Assembly: GCA_050288805.1 (NCBI GenBank)
Contig: JBNKEN010000215.1
Location: 1 to 49,203, forward strand
Direction: 5' to 3'
Length of the DNA stretch: 49,203 nt
Source of the DNA: Pseudoalteromonas sp.
GTDB lineage: Bacteria > Pseudomonadota > Gammaproteobacteria > Enterobacterales > Alteromonadaceae
Both the position numbers and the translations under genes were made by a program. Every line of letters starts with the position of its first letter. Position 1 is the stretch's first letter. This document shows, piece after piece, positions 11,851 through 24,905 of this stretch. The notes under the pieces were generated by a model, which made no database searches, was not told the DNA's origin, and saw only the letters and a list, made by a program, of their open reading frames with translations.

Positions 11851-13227
11851 ATGAAAATAATCATACTCGGTGCCGGTCAGGTGGGTGGTACCCTGGCGGA
11901 AAACCTGGTCGGTGAGCAAAACGAAATCACCATAGTCGACATCGACGGCAATCGACTCAGGGAACTGCAAGATAAATACGATCTCCAGGGTGTACAGGGA
12001 CACAGCGCCCATCCCGATGTGTTGCGACGTGCGGGGGCGGAGGACGCCGATATGGTTATCGCAGTCACCAGCTCGGATGAGGTCAATATGATCGCCTGCC
12101 AGGTGGCTTACAGTATTTTCAACACGCCCACGAAAATCGCTCGGATCCGTTCCGAACAATACCTGAAACACAAGGAAAAGCTGTTTCACAACGACGATAT
12201 GCCGGTGGATCACTATATCGCACCGGAACAACTGGTCACAAAATACATCCGCCGCCTGATCGACTACCCCGGCGCCCTGCAGGTGCTGCAGTTCGCCGAG
12301 GGCATGCTGTCCTTGGTGGCAGTCAAGGCCTACTACGGCGGCTTGCTGGTCGGCTATGCACTGTCGGCGTTAAAAGAACATATTCCCAACGTCGATACCC
12401 GGGTAGCGGCCATCTATCGTCAGGGCAAGCCTATCAAGCCGCTGGGAACGACCGTTATCGAAGCGGACGACGAAGTGTTTTTCCTCGCCGCCACCAAACA
12501 TATTCGCGCGGTCATGAACGAGCTGCAAAAGTTGGAACGTTCATACAAGAAAATCATGATCGCCGGCGGCGGCAACATAGGGGCTGGTCTCGCCCTGTCC
12601 CTGGAGAAAAGCCACAGCGTCAAGCTTATTGAACGCAACAAGGAGCGCGCCGATCAGCTCTCGGAAATGCTGCACAATACCGTGGTTTTTTGCGGCGACG
12701 CCTCCGATCAGGAGCTGCTGTCGGAAGAACACATAGAACAGGTTGATGTCTTTATCGCCGTCACCAACGACGACGAAGCAAACATTATGTCTGCGATGCT
12801 GGCAAAACGTATGGGCGCGCAAAAAACCATGGTATTGATCCAACGGGGCGCCTATGTCGATCTGGTGCAGGGCGGCGAAATCGATATCGCCATCTCACCG
12901 CAACAAGCCACCATCTCAGCCCTGCTAACTCATGTACGCCGCGGCGACATAGTTAACGTATATTCATTGCGTAAAGGGGCGGCCGAAGCCATCGAGGCGG
13001 TGGCCCACGGGGATGAAAACACATCCAAGGTGGTAGGACGGGCGATTTCGGAGATTCGTTTGCCGGCAGGAAGCACCATAGGCGCCATAGTGCGTAACGA
13101 TGAGGTGTTGATTGCCCACGACGATACGGTTATCCAGTCCGGCGACCATGTCATCATGTTCCTGATAGACAAAAAGCATATCAGTGTGGTTGAAAAGCTG
13201 TTCCAGGTCAGCGCTATTTTCCTGTAA
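11851..13227 (+). CDS. trkA: Trk potassium uptake regulatory subunit
   Basis: [12 protein letters not shown] and a second RCK motif IAGGGNIG; 458 aa. Confidence 0.97.
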   Translation: MKIIILGAGQVGGTLAENLVGEQNEITIVDIDGNRLRELQDKYDLQGVQGHSAHPDVLRRAGAEDADMVIAVTSSDEVNMIACQVAYSIFNTPTKIARIRSEQYLKHKEKLFHNDDMPVDHYIAPEQLVTKYIRRLIDYPGALQVLQFAEGMLSLVAVKAYYGGLLVGYALSALKEHIPNVDTRVAAIYRQGKPIKPLGTTVIEADDEVFFLAATKHIRAVMNELQKLERSYKKIMIAGGGNIGAGLALSLEKSHSVKLIERNKERADQLSEMLHNTVVFCGDASDQELLSEEHIEQVDVFIAVTNDDEANIMSAMLAKRMGAQKTMVLIQRGAYVDLVQGGEIDIAISPQQATISALLTHVRRGDIVNVYSLRKGAAEAIEAVAHGDENTSKVVGRAISEIRLPAGSTIGAIVRNDEVLIAHDDTVIQSGDHVIMFLIDKKHISVVEKLFQVSAIFL

Positions 13228-13253
13228 CCGTTAGTCTGTAAACCCCAGAAAAT

Positions 13254-13275
13254 AAAAAAGCCGCTTGCGCGGCTT
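13254..13275 (-). terminator. Intrinsic terminator after the EF-hand gene (may also serve trkA)
   Basis: AAGCCGC-ttgc-GCGGCTT stem with a U-tract on the minus strand. Confidence 0.7.
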
Positions 13276-13309
13276 CTCCACCTATTTTTATTTTTCATGC
13301 AGTCCGTGA

Positions 13310-13519
13310 TCAGGCGTTCGCAAACTCCTCGGCGGACAATACGCCGTCCTTATTGCTGTCAAGCTCGTCGAACTTGGCCGCCAGATCTGCATCAACGGCC
13401 GCTTCTTCCTTAGAAATAACGCCGTTTGCATCGGCATCCAGTTCAGTGAATTGCGCTGCGAAAGCAGAAGATGATGCGCTGAGAGCAGCCAGAACAAGCA
13501 GAGTGTTTAGTTTTTTCAT
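13310..13519 (-). CDS. Small secreted EF-hand calcium-binding protein (69 aa)
   Basis: Signal peptide MKKLNTLLVLAALSASSSAFA, two 12-residue EF loops (DADANGVISKEE, DSNKDGVLSAEE) and a GGAG SD. Confidence 0.88.
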   Translation of the reverse strand: MKKLNTLLVLAALSASSSAFAAQFTELDADANGVISKEEAAVDADLAAKFDELDSNKDGVLSAEEFANA

Positions 13520-13606
13520 ATCGGATTCTCCAATGTTAAAGGGTGTATAGACCAAGTGTTCGACGTCATTTTTTGCCGAACCGAAATTTACAGTACAACC
13601 CTCTAT

Positions 13607-13622
13607 ATCAACTCTCGTGCCA
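13607..13622 (-). promoter_or_regulatory. Putative sigma54 (-24/-12) promoter for the EF-hand gene
   Basis: Minus strand TGGCAC-GAGAG-TTGAT versus consensus TGGCAC-N5-TTGCW; one mismatch at -12. Confidence 0.65.
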
Positions 13623-13697
13623 GTGAAATTAACTAACCAATATTCAAAGCATTACAAAAACCACCAGATTAAACACCGCGTTTTAGCGGTGAAAACC

Positions 13698-13713
13698 GTT
13701 GCCAAATGGCAAC
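13698..13713. promoter_or_regulatory. Palindromic operator/enhancer, copy 1
   Basis: GTTGCCA-AA-TGGCAAC, a perfect 7-bp inverted repeat. Confidence 0.6.
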
Positions 13714-13744
13714 CGTAAAAGTACCCATTTATTTTTTTACTTAG

Positions 13745-13757
13745 TATCAACAGGTTG
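13745..13757 (+). promoter_or_regulatory. Putative IHF site
   Basis: TATCAACAGGTTG matches WATCAANNNNTTR exactly and is preceded by a T-rich tract. Confidence 0.55.
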
Positions 13758-13957
13758 AAATATTTATTCCGGCAACAAGCTGAATGTTTTTTGTCCTTAG
13801 GGGATGTGTTTCTGCTGACTTTTTGCTGAACAAATCAAGCAGATGAAGAAGCGTCTTTCAGGGCTCAACTTTTTATTAAATAAAACTCCTTCCCATTCAG
13901 GATGTTGGTTGTTTTTTGTAAAAATTTCGCAATATAATTCTATAAATACCGGATCGT

Positions 13958-13973
13958 GTTGCCATTTGGCGAC
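13958..13973. promoter_or_regulatory. Palindromic operator/enhancer, copy 2
   Basis: GTTGCCATTTGGCGAC; its reverse complement matches copy 1 at 15 of 16 positions. Confidence 0.6.
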
Positions 13974-14020
13974 AAGGCTGAACCAAACCGACTCAGTTTT
14001 GGGATCGCAGCGGGAAAAAA

Positions 14021-14716
14021 ATGACACGCAAATCAAAATCGAAAAATTTGGAATACTTAAACCGCATAGTCCCCGGCGGCCTGGTCGATGTGGAAATACT
14101 GACCCCCACGAACAGTAAACGAATCAAAACCGAATACATAGGCTTGCTTCAAGGCCAGTTTGTTATTCTGAATTACCCTTCGCTCAAGCGCCTGCCTGCC
14201 GCCAGCACCTATCTGAGAGAAGGTGTGGTGGTGATAGTCCGTGCGCTCCTCGAATCAGGAGACGGCGAAGTGATAGCGTTTCGCCAAACAATAAAGTCCC
14301 TGGCCTCTCATCCCGCCCGCATGATTTACCTGGACTACCCAAGTCGAGTAGAAGTGTTCAGCTTGCGCTCGCAAACACGCATCCCAACCTTGATTCCCGC
14401 AGATCTAACCCTGGCTGGACAAAACGAAAATGGCCTGAACGGTATTATCCGTGACATCTCCCTGACCGGGCTCCTGTTCGACGCCAAAACACAACTTGAT
14501 TTCAAGTCACTGAAAGATACGGAATGTACGGTCACCTTAAGCGGTAACATCCAACTGAAGGGGCGCATTCGCAGTAACCATCCCGGAGCGTCGGGCTCCA
14601 GATTGGGCATAGAGCTGAATAACAGCGAAACGGAAATGCAGCAATTTTTGCAGAACCACCTTATTGACCTGTCGGTGTTGGACAAGGCGAGAAAGCAGGA
14701 TCTTGGGATTGGTTGA
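14021..14716 (+). CDS. PilZ-domain c-di-GMP receptor (YcgR/flagellar-brake-like architecture)
   Basis: RSQTR (RxxxR) and DISLTG (DxSxxG) motifs after an N-terminal domain of about 110 aa. Confidence 0.85.
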   Translation: MTRKSKSKNLEYLNRIVPGGLVDVEILTPTNSKRIKTEYIGLLQGQFVILNYPSLKRLPAASTYLREGVVVIVRALLESGDGEVIAFRQTIKSLASHPARMIYLDYPSRVEVFSLRSQTRIPTLIPADLTLAGQNENGLNGIIRDISLTGLLFDAKTQLDFKSLKDTECTVTLSGNIQLKGRIRSNHPGASGSRLGIELNNSETEMQQFLQNHLIDLSVLDKARKQDLGIG

Positions 14717-14742
14717 ATTCGCTCGCAACCAGGGAATGGTGT

Positions 14743-14957
14743 AATAATACCTCCCTGCAGCTTGGTCCCGGCTCGGCATCCATGCCTCGACTATTCAGGA
14801 CATCCTGCCCTTCACCTTGCAGGCGGCCTGACGGCGTTCAAGTCCGTTCCCGACCGAGTTGTCGCCGCGCTGCGAAGCATTGCTTCGGTCGTTACAACAA
14901 ACGAGTACAATAATACTTCCATGCAGCATCTCTCCTGTCGTCATCCATGACTCCACT
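14743..14957. repeat. Degenerate intergenic repeat element with two imperfect direct copies and internal hairpins
   Basis: AATAATACCTCCCTGCAGC...GGCATCCATGCCTCGACT (from 14743) and AATAATACTTCCATGCAGC...GTCATCCATGACTCCACT (from 14909). Confidence 0.6.
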
Positions 14958-14997
14958 TCGGACAGCTGCGATATGCCGCAGGCATATCGGTCTGTCC

Positions 14998-16449
14998 TCA
15001 CCCACGCCAGAATGTGGGGGTGAACAAAACCAACAGGGTAAATATTTCGAGGCGACCGAAGACCATGGCGAGGGTTAACACCCACTTCGCCGAGTCGCTG
15101 ATATTGCCGTAATGCGAAGCCACCTCGCCGAGGCCAGGCCCCAGATTGTTAAGACAAGCCGCGGTTGCGGAAAAGGCGGTGATATTATCCAGGCCGGTAC
15201 CCATCAGGATGATCATGATAATCACAAAGACCAGGGCATAGGCGGAGAAGAAACCCCATACCGCCTCGACAACCTTATCGGGTAAGGCCTTGCGCCCAAG
15301 CTTGATGGAAAAGATGGCACGCGGATGCACCAGGCGGTTCAGTTCGCGGATCCCCTGCAAATAGAGCAGAAATACCCTGACCACCTTCATCCCGCCGCCG
15401 GTAGAACCGGCACATCCGCCGATAAAGCTTGAAAATATCAGCAACATAGGCAAAAACAGCGGCCAGGCCGAGAAATTATCGGTGGCAAAGCCCGCGGTCG
15501 TACTGATGGAAACGGCCTGGAACAACGCCTGGTCAAGGGTTTCGTCCCCGCTGTTATAGATGTTGTTCGACGACAAGACGGTGAAACACAGCACCACCAG
15601 CGCCAGCTGGATAAACAGGAACACCTTGAACTCGGGATCGCGGATGTAGCCCCTCACGCTGCGGCTGGACACGGCTGCGTAATGAAGCGAAAAGTTAACC
15701 GCCGCGATCAGCAAAAACACCACACAAATCAGGTTGATCAACGGGCTATCAAAATACCCCATGGAGGAATCATAGGTGGAGAAACCGCCGATGGCGATGG
15801 TAGAAAACGCATGACAGATAGCGTCGAACCAGCTCATACCGGCAACACCGTAGGCAACGGTACAGGCGAGGGTCAGGAACACATAAATGTACCATAGGTG
15901 CTTCGCCGTATCGGCGATGCGCGGTGTCATCTTGCTGTCCTTGACCGGGCCCGGGGTCTCCGCCCGATACAGCTGCATGCCACCGACGCCCAGCATAGGC
16001 AAAACGGCAACAGCCAGTACGATGATCCCCATACCGCCGAGCCACTGCAGTTGCTGACGGTAAAACAGCACGGATTTCGGTAGGTATTCGATGCCGGTCA
16101 ACACAGTGGCACCTGTGGTGGTAAGCCCGGAAAATGATTCGAACACCGCATCCGCCAGGCTCAGGTTGGGATCATCGAGGAAAATCAGCGGCACCGAACC
16201 GAACGCCCCCAGCACCAGCCAGAATAAGACGACGATGAGAAACCCTTCGCGCGCCTTAAGGTCGCCCTGCTCCGCACGGTTTGGATAATAGGCGATCATG
16301 CCCATGGTCACGCTGAATACAAACGCCAAAACAAAGGGCACACCGCCCCCGTCCTTATAGATCAGCGACACTATGGCGGGGGGCACCATGGTCAGGCTGA
16401 ACAACGCCACCAGCTGACCGAGGATTTTTATTATGGTACGAAATTGCAT
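14998..16449 (-). CDS. trkH: Trk potassium uptake membrane subunit
   Basis: Four pore loops (TTTGAT, IAIGGF, STTAGF, NNLGPG), plus GSTGGGMK and GRLE. Confidence 0.97.
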   Translation of the reverse strand: MQFRTIIKILGQLVALFSLTMVPPAIVSLIYKDGGGVPFVLAFVFSVTMGMIAYYPNRAEQGDLKAREGFLIVVLFWLVLGAFGSVPLIFLDDPNLSLADAVFESFSGLTTTGATVLTGIEYLPKSVLFYRQQLQWLGGMGIIVLAVAVLPMLGVGGMQLYRAETPGPVKDSKMTPRIADTAKHLWYIYVFLTLACTVAYGVAGMSWFDAICHAFSTIAIGGFSTYDSSMGYFDSPLINLICVVFLLIAAVNFSLHYAAVSSRSVRGYIRDPEFKVFLFIQLALVVLCFTVLSSNNIYNSGDETLDQALFQAVSISTTAGFATDNFSAWPLFLPMLLIFSSFIGGCAGSTGGGMKVVRVFLLYLQGIRELNRLVHPRAIFSIKLGRKALPDKVVEAVWGFFSAYALVFVIIMIILMGTGLDNITAFSATAACLNNLGPGLGEVASHYGNISDSAKWVLTLAMVFGRLEIFTLLVLFTPTFWRG

Positions 16450-16488
16450 TACGCGTTTCGCTTATATTTTAAGAGTGAACTCATTGTC

Positions 16489-17103
16489 TTACTGTTTTAT
16501 TTTTAACTCAACCGCACCATGGCTCAAATCGAAAATATCTTGCACCGCCATCTTGGCCTCTCTCGCATCAAGGGTAATGTGCCAGTCAATCCGCTCGCCA
16601 TATTGGCATTCCAGGTTCATCACCCGATAACGGCTTTTCAGGCACTGCTCTATCGCTCCCTGCAGTGCATATTCGCTCGACCCTGTCAGCTCGGCACTTG
16701 GAACACGCTCGGCGGTTTTAAGCTCGGCCAAGGCTTCATTTAACGAACCGCCATAGGCGCGAACCAGCCCTCCCGTGCCGAGCTTGATACCGCCGAAATA
16801 ACGGGTTACAACCGCACAGATCTCTCCCAATCCGGATCCCCGCAGTACGTTGAGCATGGGTTTGCCGGCGGTTCCGTTCGGTTCGCCGTCGTCGGAAAAC
16901 CCCAAAACCTGGCTGCTGCCGGGATCGCCCGCCACATAGGCCCAACAATTATGATTGGCATCACCGTATTTTGCCTGGATCTCGCCGACAAATCGCTTAG
17001 CCTCAGCAATATTCGGTGTGTGGGCAATATGAACGATAAAGGTGCTTTTCTTGATTTCGAGCTGAAAGAAGACAGGTTCAGCCGGATAAAGATATTCAGA
17101 CAT
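16489..17103 (-). CDS. yigZ: IMPACT family protein YigZ
   Basis: Motifs DDGEPNGTAGKPML and RYFGGIKLGTGGLVRAY. Confidence 0.95.
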   Translation of the reverse strand: MSEYLYPAEPVFFQLEIKKSTFIVHIAHTPNIAEAKRFVGEIQAKYGDANHNCWAYVAGDPGSSQVLGFSDDGEPNGTAGKPMLNVLRGSGLGEICAVVTRYFGGIKLGTGGLVRAYGGSLNEALAELKTAERVPSAELTGSSEYALQGAIEQCLKSRYRVMNLECQYGERIDWHITLDAREAKMAVQDIFDLSHGAVELKIKQ

Positions 17104-17112
17104 AGAAGCTAA

Positions 17113-17133
17113 GCGGGGGATTCGCTCCCCCGC
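17113..17133. other. GC-rich hairpin between pepQ and yigZ
   Basis: GCGGGGGA-ttcgc-TCCCCCGC with no long U-tract; possibly an mRNA stabiliser or weak terminator. Confidence 0.5.
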
Positions 17134-17142
17134 ATTCCCGCA

Positions 17143-18501
<1,359 letters not shown>

Positions 18502-18554
18502 CTAACATACCCGAAGAAAAAAAGGCGAAATCTGCTACCAGACACACGCCCTCT

Positions 18555-20438
18555 CTAGCCGCCGATCTGCATCTCTAGCAAGGGCGCCAACAGGTTGTCC
18601 TGATTACCCAACTTGGCGTGATAAACCTGGCGATAGGCAAACACATTTTTCACGTAGTCGCGGGTTTCCCGGTAGGGTATCAGCTCAATCCATAACTCGG
18701 CCGGCAATGGCTGATCGGGTATCCATTTAGAGATCTTGTGGTAACCGGCGTTATAGGATGCCGTTGCAAGCACTTCGTTGTCATGATTTTTACGCTTGAG
18801 ATATTGCAGGTAACGAGTACCCAAGTTGATGTTGGTGGTCGGCTGATACAGGCGACGGACTGCAATATTACCCTTGTTGACGTATTTCGCCGTACTTGGC
18901 CGCAACTGCATCAAACCATGGGCATCGGCATGAGAGCGCGCATCCGGCGCAAATGAGCTTTCCCTTCGGGCGATGGCCATGCTCCAGCTCATATCGATCT
19001 TGCTCCGCTCGCTGAAACGTTTGAAGAGATCTTGAAAGGCATCGGGAAAGCGCAGGTCGATATAATCCCAGGCTTCGATCTGTGCCAGCGTCACGATAGC
19101 ACTGTCGTACCAATCAAGTCCGGCAGCCAGCTGGGCCGCGGCCAACTTCTCCGCATCGCTGGAGGTGTCCACCAGATAGTTCCATTCGCGCCGGGCATCG
19201 GTATAACGCTTCAACTCGTACAATGCTTTGGCACGCCTGAAACCGGGCGCGTTTTCCACCTTGGCAAGCAGGGATGGCGGTACCTTCAAGGTTTTCTCAT
19301 TGAGGGACACAGGTAATCCCAGGCGGGCCGCCGAAAGAAAACCATAGTAATCCCTTTCCTTGGCCAGTTCCCGCCAAATAACGATGGCTTCCAGCTTCTT
19401 ACCTAACTGCTCAAGACCATAGGCCAACCAGTATTTTTGTCCCAGGTTCAATCCCTCTTTCCCGGTGAAAAAGGCCACAATACCCGCCCAATCCTTACGT
19501 TGCAGCAGGTTCGCCAGTTGCCACTGCATCAACTTGGCGTCCTGCAAGTGAACCGGCACCTTATTTAACCAAAACACCGCTTCCGGGTGCTGCTTGCTTG
19601 CCAGCGCCAAGGCGAAGCGGTAGTAAACGTCTTCCTTTTGCGCTTCGGTGAAGGTGAACATCTTTTCCAGTTTATCCCACGCCTTTAAGGCCAGTTCAGG
19701 TTCGCGCCAGATAAGCCGCTTAATCCCATACACAGCAATTTCCGACTCGCGGCCTGACTTGTGTTTATAGCGGTAAAGTCCTGCGGCAGCGCTGGGATCA
19801 CGACGCACCTGATAGTAGAGATCGGCAAGGTATTGTTGCTTGGCCGGTAATAGCGTCTTGAGGTAGGGGATCAAACTGTGTTGCCCGTCCTGTGCCGCAG
19901 CCGTCAGTCGCTGCCACACCCGCTCATTGGTCATGTTGCCGGCCTTACGCCATTTGCTAAACAAGCCGTCGCATTGCTTGGGTTGCGAGTGCCCTTCTAT
20001 CCAAAGTTCGCTAACCTGTCCCAAAATCGCTTTTTCCGGTGCCCCGAGCGCCAGCTGGAAGGACAAATAGTGGCAGCGCAACTCCACATTGTCGGTGTCA
20101 CGGTAGTTACGAATATATTCTGCTTTCTTATCGTGCTTCGCCAGGTAGTTCAACCAGGCTTTACGAACCGGCCACTCAAGCGGTGTGCTTTGGTAAATAT
20201 TGAGGAAACTTTCTATCTCGGCCTGATGTTTCATCCGCGGGTGGCGCTTCCAATAGGCCATTTCCACGTAGGGCAGCAAAGGATGATCCAAGGCAGCCGT
20301 CGCGGATTTGAATCCGCGGTAGTCTCCCGCCCAGGCGATTTTTTCCGCCTCAAGAAAGTCTTTTTCGGTACTGGCTTGCGCGCTCGGGTTAAAAAAACTT
20401 AATGCAGCGACCACAAGCACAGAGAAATGCAATTTCAT
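18555..20438 (-). CDS. slt: Soluble lytic murein transglycosylase (Slt70-like)
   Basis: Signal peptide, helical repeat region, and IARRESSF (catalytic Glu), GLMQL, ASYNAG and ETRDYV motifs. Confidence 0.9.
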   Translation of the reverse strand: MKLHFSVLVVAALSFFNPSAQASTEKDFLEAEKIAWAGDYRGFKSATAALDHPLLPYVEMAYWKRHPRMKHQAEIESFLNIYQSTPLEWPVRKAWLNYLAKHDKKAEYIRNYRDTDNVELRCHYLSFQLALGAPEKAILGQVSELWIEGHSQPKQCDGLFSKWRKAGNMTNERVWQRLTAAAQDGQHSLIPYLKTLLPAKQQYLADLYYQVRRDPSAAAGLYRYKHKSGRESEIAVYGIKRLIWREPELALKAWDKLEKMFTFTEAQKEDVYYRFALALASKQHPEAVFWLNKVPVHLQDAKLMQWQLANLLQRKDWAGIVAFFTGKEGLNLGQKYWLAYGLEQLGKKLEAIVIWRELAKERDYYGFLSAARLGLPVSLNEKTLKVPPSLLAKVENAPGFRRAKALYELKRYTDARREWNYLVDTSSDAEKLAAAQLAAGLDWYDSAIVTLAQIEAWDYIDLRFPDAFQDLFKRFSERSKIDMSWSMAIARRESSFAPDARSHADAHGLMQLRPSTAKYVNKGNIAVRRLYQPTTNINLGTRYLQYLKRKNHDNEVLATASYNAGYHKISKWIPDQPLPAELWIELIPYRETRDYVKNVFAYRQVYHAKLGNQDNLLAPLLEMQIGG

Positions 20439-20620
20439 GGTTACCTTTACCGTTACGTCATAAATTCAAGGTATCTGAAGACACCATAAAACAAACACGG
20501 ACACACCTCAAACTTACTAGGCATACTGCCAGAATAACAGCTAAATTTTAATCAAATGTAAATGTGGGGACAAAGATTTTAATTGCAATTTACAAACAAA
20601 GCGGCGACACTGATGCCGAG

Positions 20621-20637
20621 CACTCATCGTACCAGTT
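20621..20637. promoter_or_regulatory. Putative FadR operator upstream of fadB
   Basis: CACTCATCGTACCAGTT (reverse complement AACTGGTACGATGAGTG) resembles the 17-bp FadR box AACTGGTCnGACCAGTT. It lies just downstream of TTGCAA-17 bp-GACACT (20583-20611). Confidence 0.65.
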
Positions 20638-20660
20638 AAAAACATGGGAGGACATCTCAG

Positions 20661-23994
<3,334 letters not shown>

Positions 23995-24014
23995 TTTTCC
24001 CAACTTGGTGATAC

Positions 24015-24046
24015 AAGGCAAGCGCCCTTCGGGCCTTGCCTTTTTT
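24015..24046 (+). terminator. Intrinsic terminator of fadBA
   Basis: AAGGCAAG-c-GCCC-ttc-GGGC-CTTGCCTT followed by a T-tract. Confidence 0.8.
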
Positions 24047-24116
24047 ATTGCGCTCACTTTATTTGTCGGGGCGCTCTCGTTAAACTAGCGCCATATTTTT
24101 ACCAGAGGTAAGCGCC

Positions 24117-24365
24117 ATGAGTTTTGACAACCCGGACCATACTTTAGACGCCGTCGGATTGCGCTGTCCCGAGCCGGTTATGATGGTGCGCGGCGCGGTA
24201 CGCAAAATGACCGACGGCGAAACCCTGTTGGTGCTGGCCGACGACCCCTCCACCACTCGCGACATTCCGAGCTTTTGCCGCTTTATGGATCACACCCTGC
24301 TGGCGCAGAATACCGAGCAGGTGCCGTTTCAATACCTGATCAAGAAAGGGCTGGATCAGGCCTAA
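24117..24365 (+). CDS. tusA: Sulfurtransferase TusA
   Basis: Motifs [11 protein letters not shown] and [18 protein letters not shown]. Confidence 0.96.
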   Translation: MSFDNPDHTLDAVGLRCPEPVMMVRGAVRKMTDGETLLVLADDPSTTRDIPSFCRFMDHTLLAQNTEQVPFQYLIKKGLDQA

Positions 24366-24808
24366 CGCTCCAGCATTCTGTCGATTCGAACCTCGGGCTC
24401 GCCAAACACCGGGAAATTGATCCGCACCTGGTACCAACCCTTGTTCGCCGGGGTAAAGCTGAAATAGTTATAGATGCTTTCACAATCCGCCGCCATGCTT
24501 TGCCCTAACAGAAGCTTACCGCCCTTACCTTGATCTAAATAGCCACAGTTATAGCCCGGGCTCCATTCCTCGTCGGCGATTTTAAATTCGTAGGCAACCC
24601 CCGCCTTGGCAAAGTAAATTTTGCTGACAAAGCCGCCCTCAGTTTCCTGTTTGAACAGATACTCGGGCTGAGCATCCCACAGTGAAAACTCCCCTCTGAG
24701 GTAAAGAGCCTTGCTGATTGCACGCTCCGGGCTTTTCACGGGAAAGGACAATTGCGACGAACAAGCCGTCAACAGAGTGACGACGGCCAAGGTAATTATG
24801 CGTTTCAT
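24362..24808 (-). CDS. Lipoprotein with a putative starch/carbohydrate-binding beta-sandwich domain
   Basis: Lipobox [14 protein letters not shown]...[10 protein letters not shown] resembles pullulanase/amylase accessory modules; the function is inferred. Confidence 0.7.
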   Translation of the reverse strand: MKRIITLAVVTLLTACSSQLSFPVKSPERAISKALYLRGEFSLWDAQPEYLFKQETEGGFVSKIYFAKAGVAYEFKIADEEWSPGYNCGYLDQGKGGKLLLGQSMAADCESIYNYFSFTPANKGWYQVRINFPVFGEPEVRIDRMLER

Positions 24809-24857
24809 CAAAATCTTCTCTCTTATTCAATGCGGAACAGTCTAAAAATCTGGCAAC

Positions 24858-24885
24858 AAAAAAGCCAGCAAGGCGCCGGCTTTTT
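24858..24885. terminator. Intrinsic terminator after glyS
   Basis: A-tract, AAAGCC...GGCTTT stem, T-tract. Confidence 0.7.
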
Positions 24886-24905
24886 ATTATGTTAGTAATA
24901 GCTTA

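Noticed and set aside
13797-14118. 79-aa and 91-aa ORFs in the EF-hand/PilZ intergenic region
   Set aside because: No SD or domain features; the region is better explained as regulatory DNA.
14713-14950. Short ORFs over the repeat element, and a possible CRISPR array
   Set aside because: Only two degenerate copies separated by over 100 bp, no cas genes, and the ORFs look incidental.
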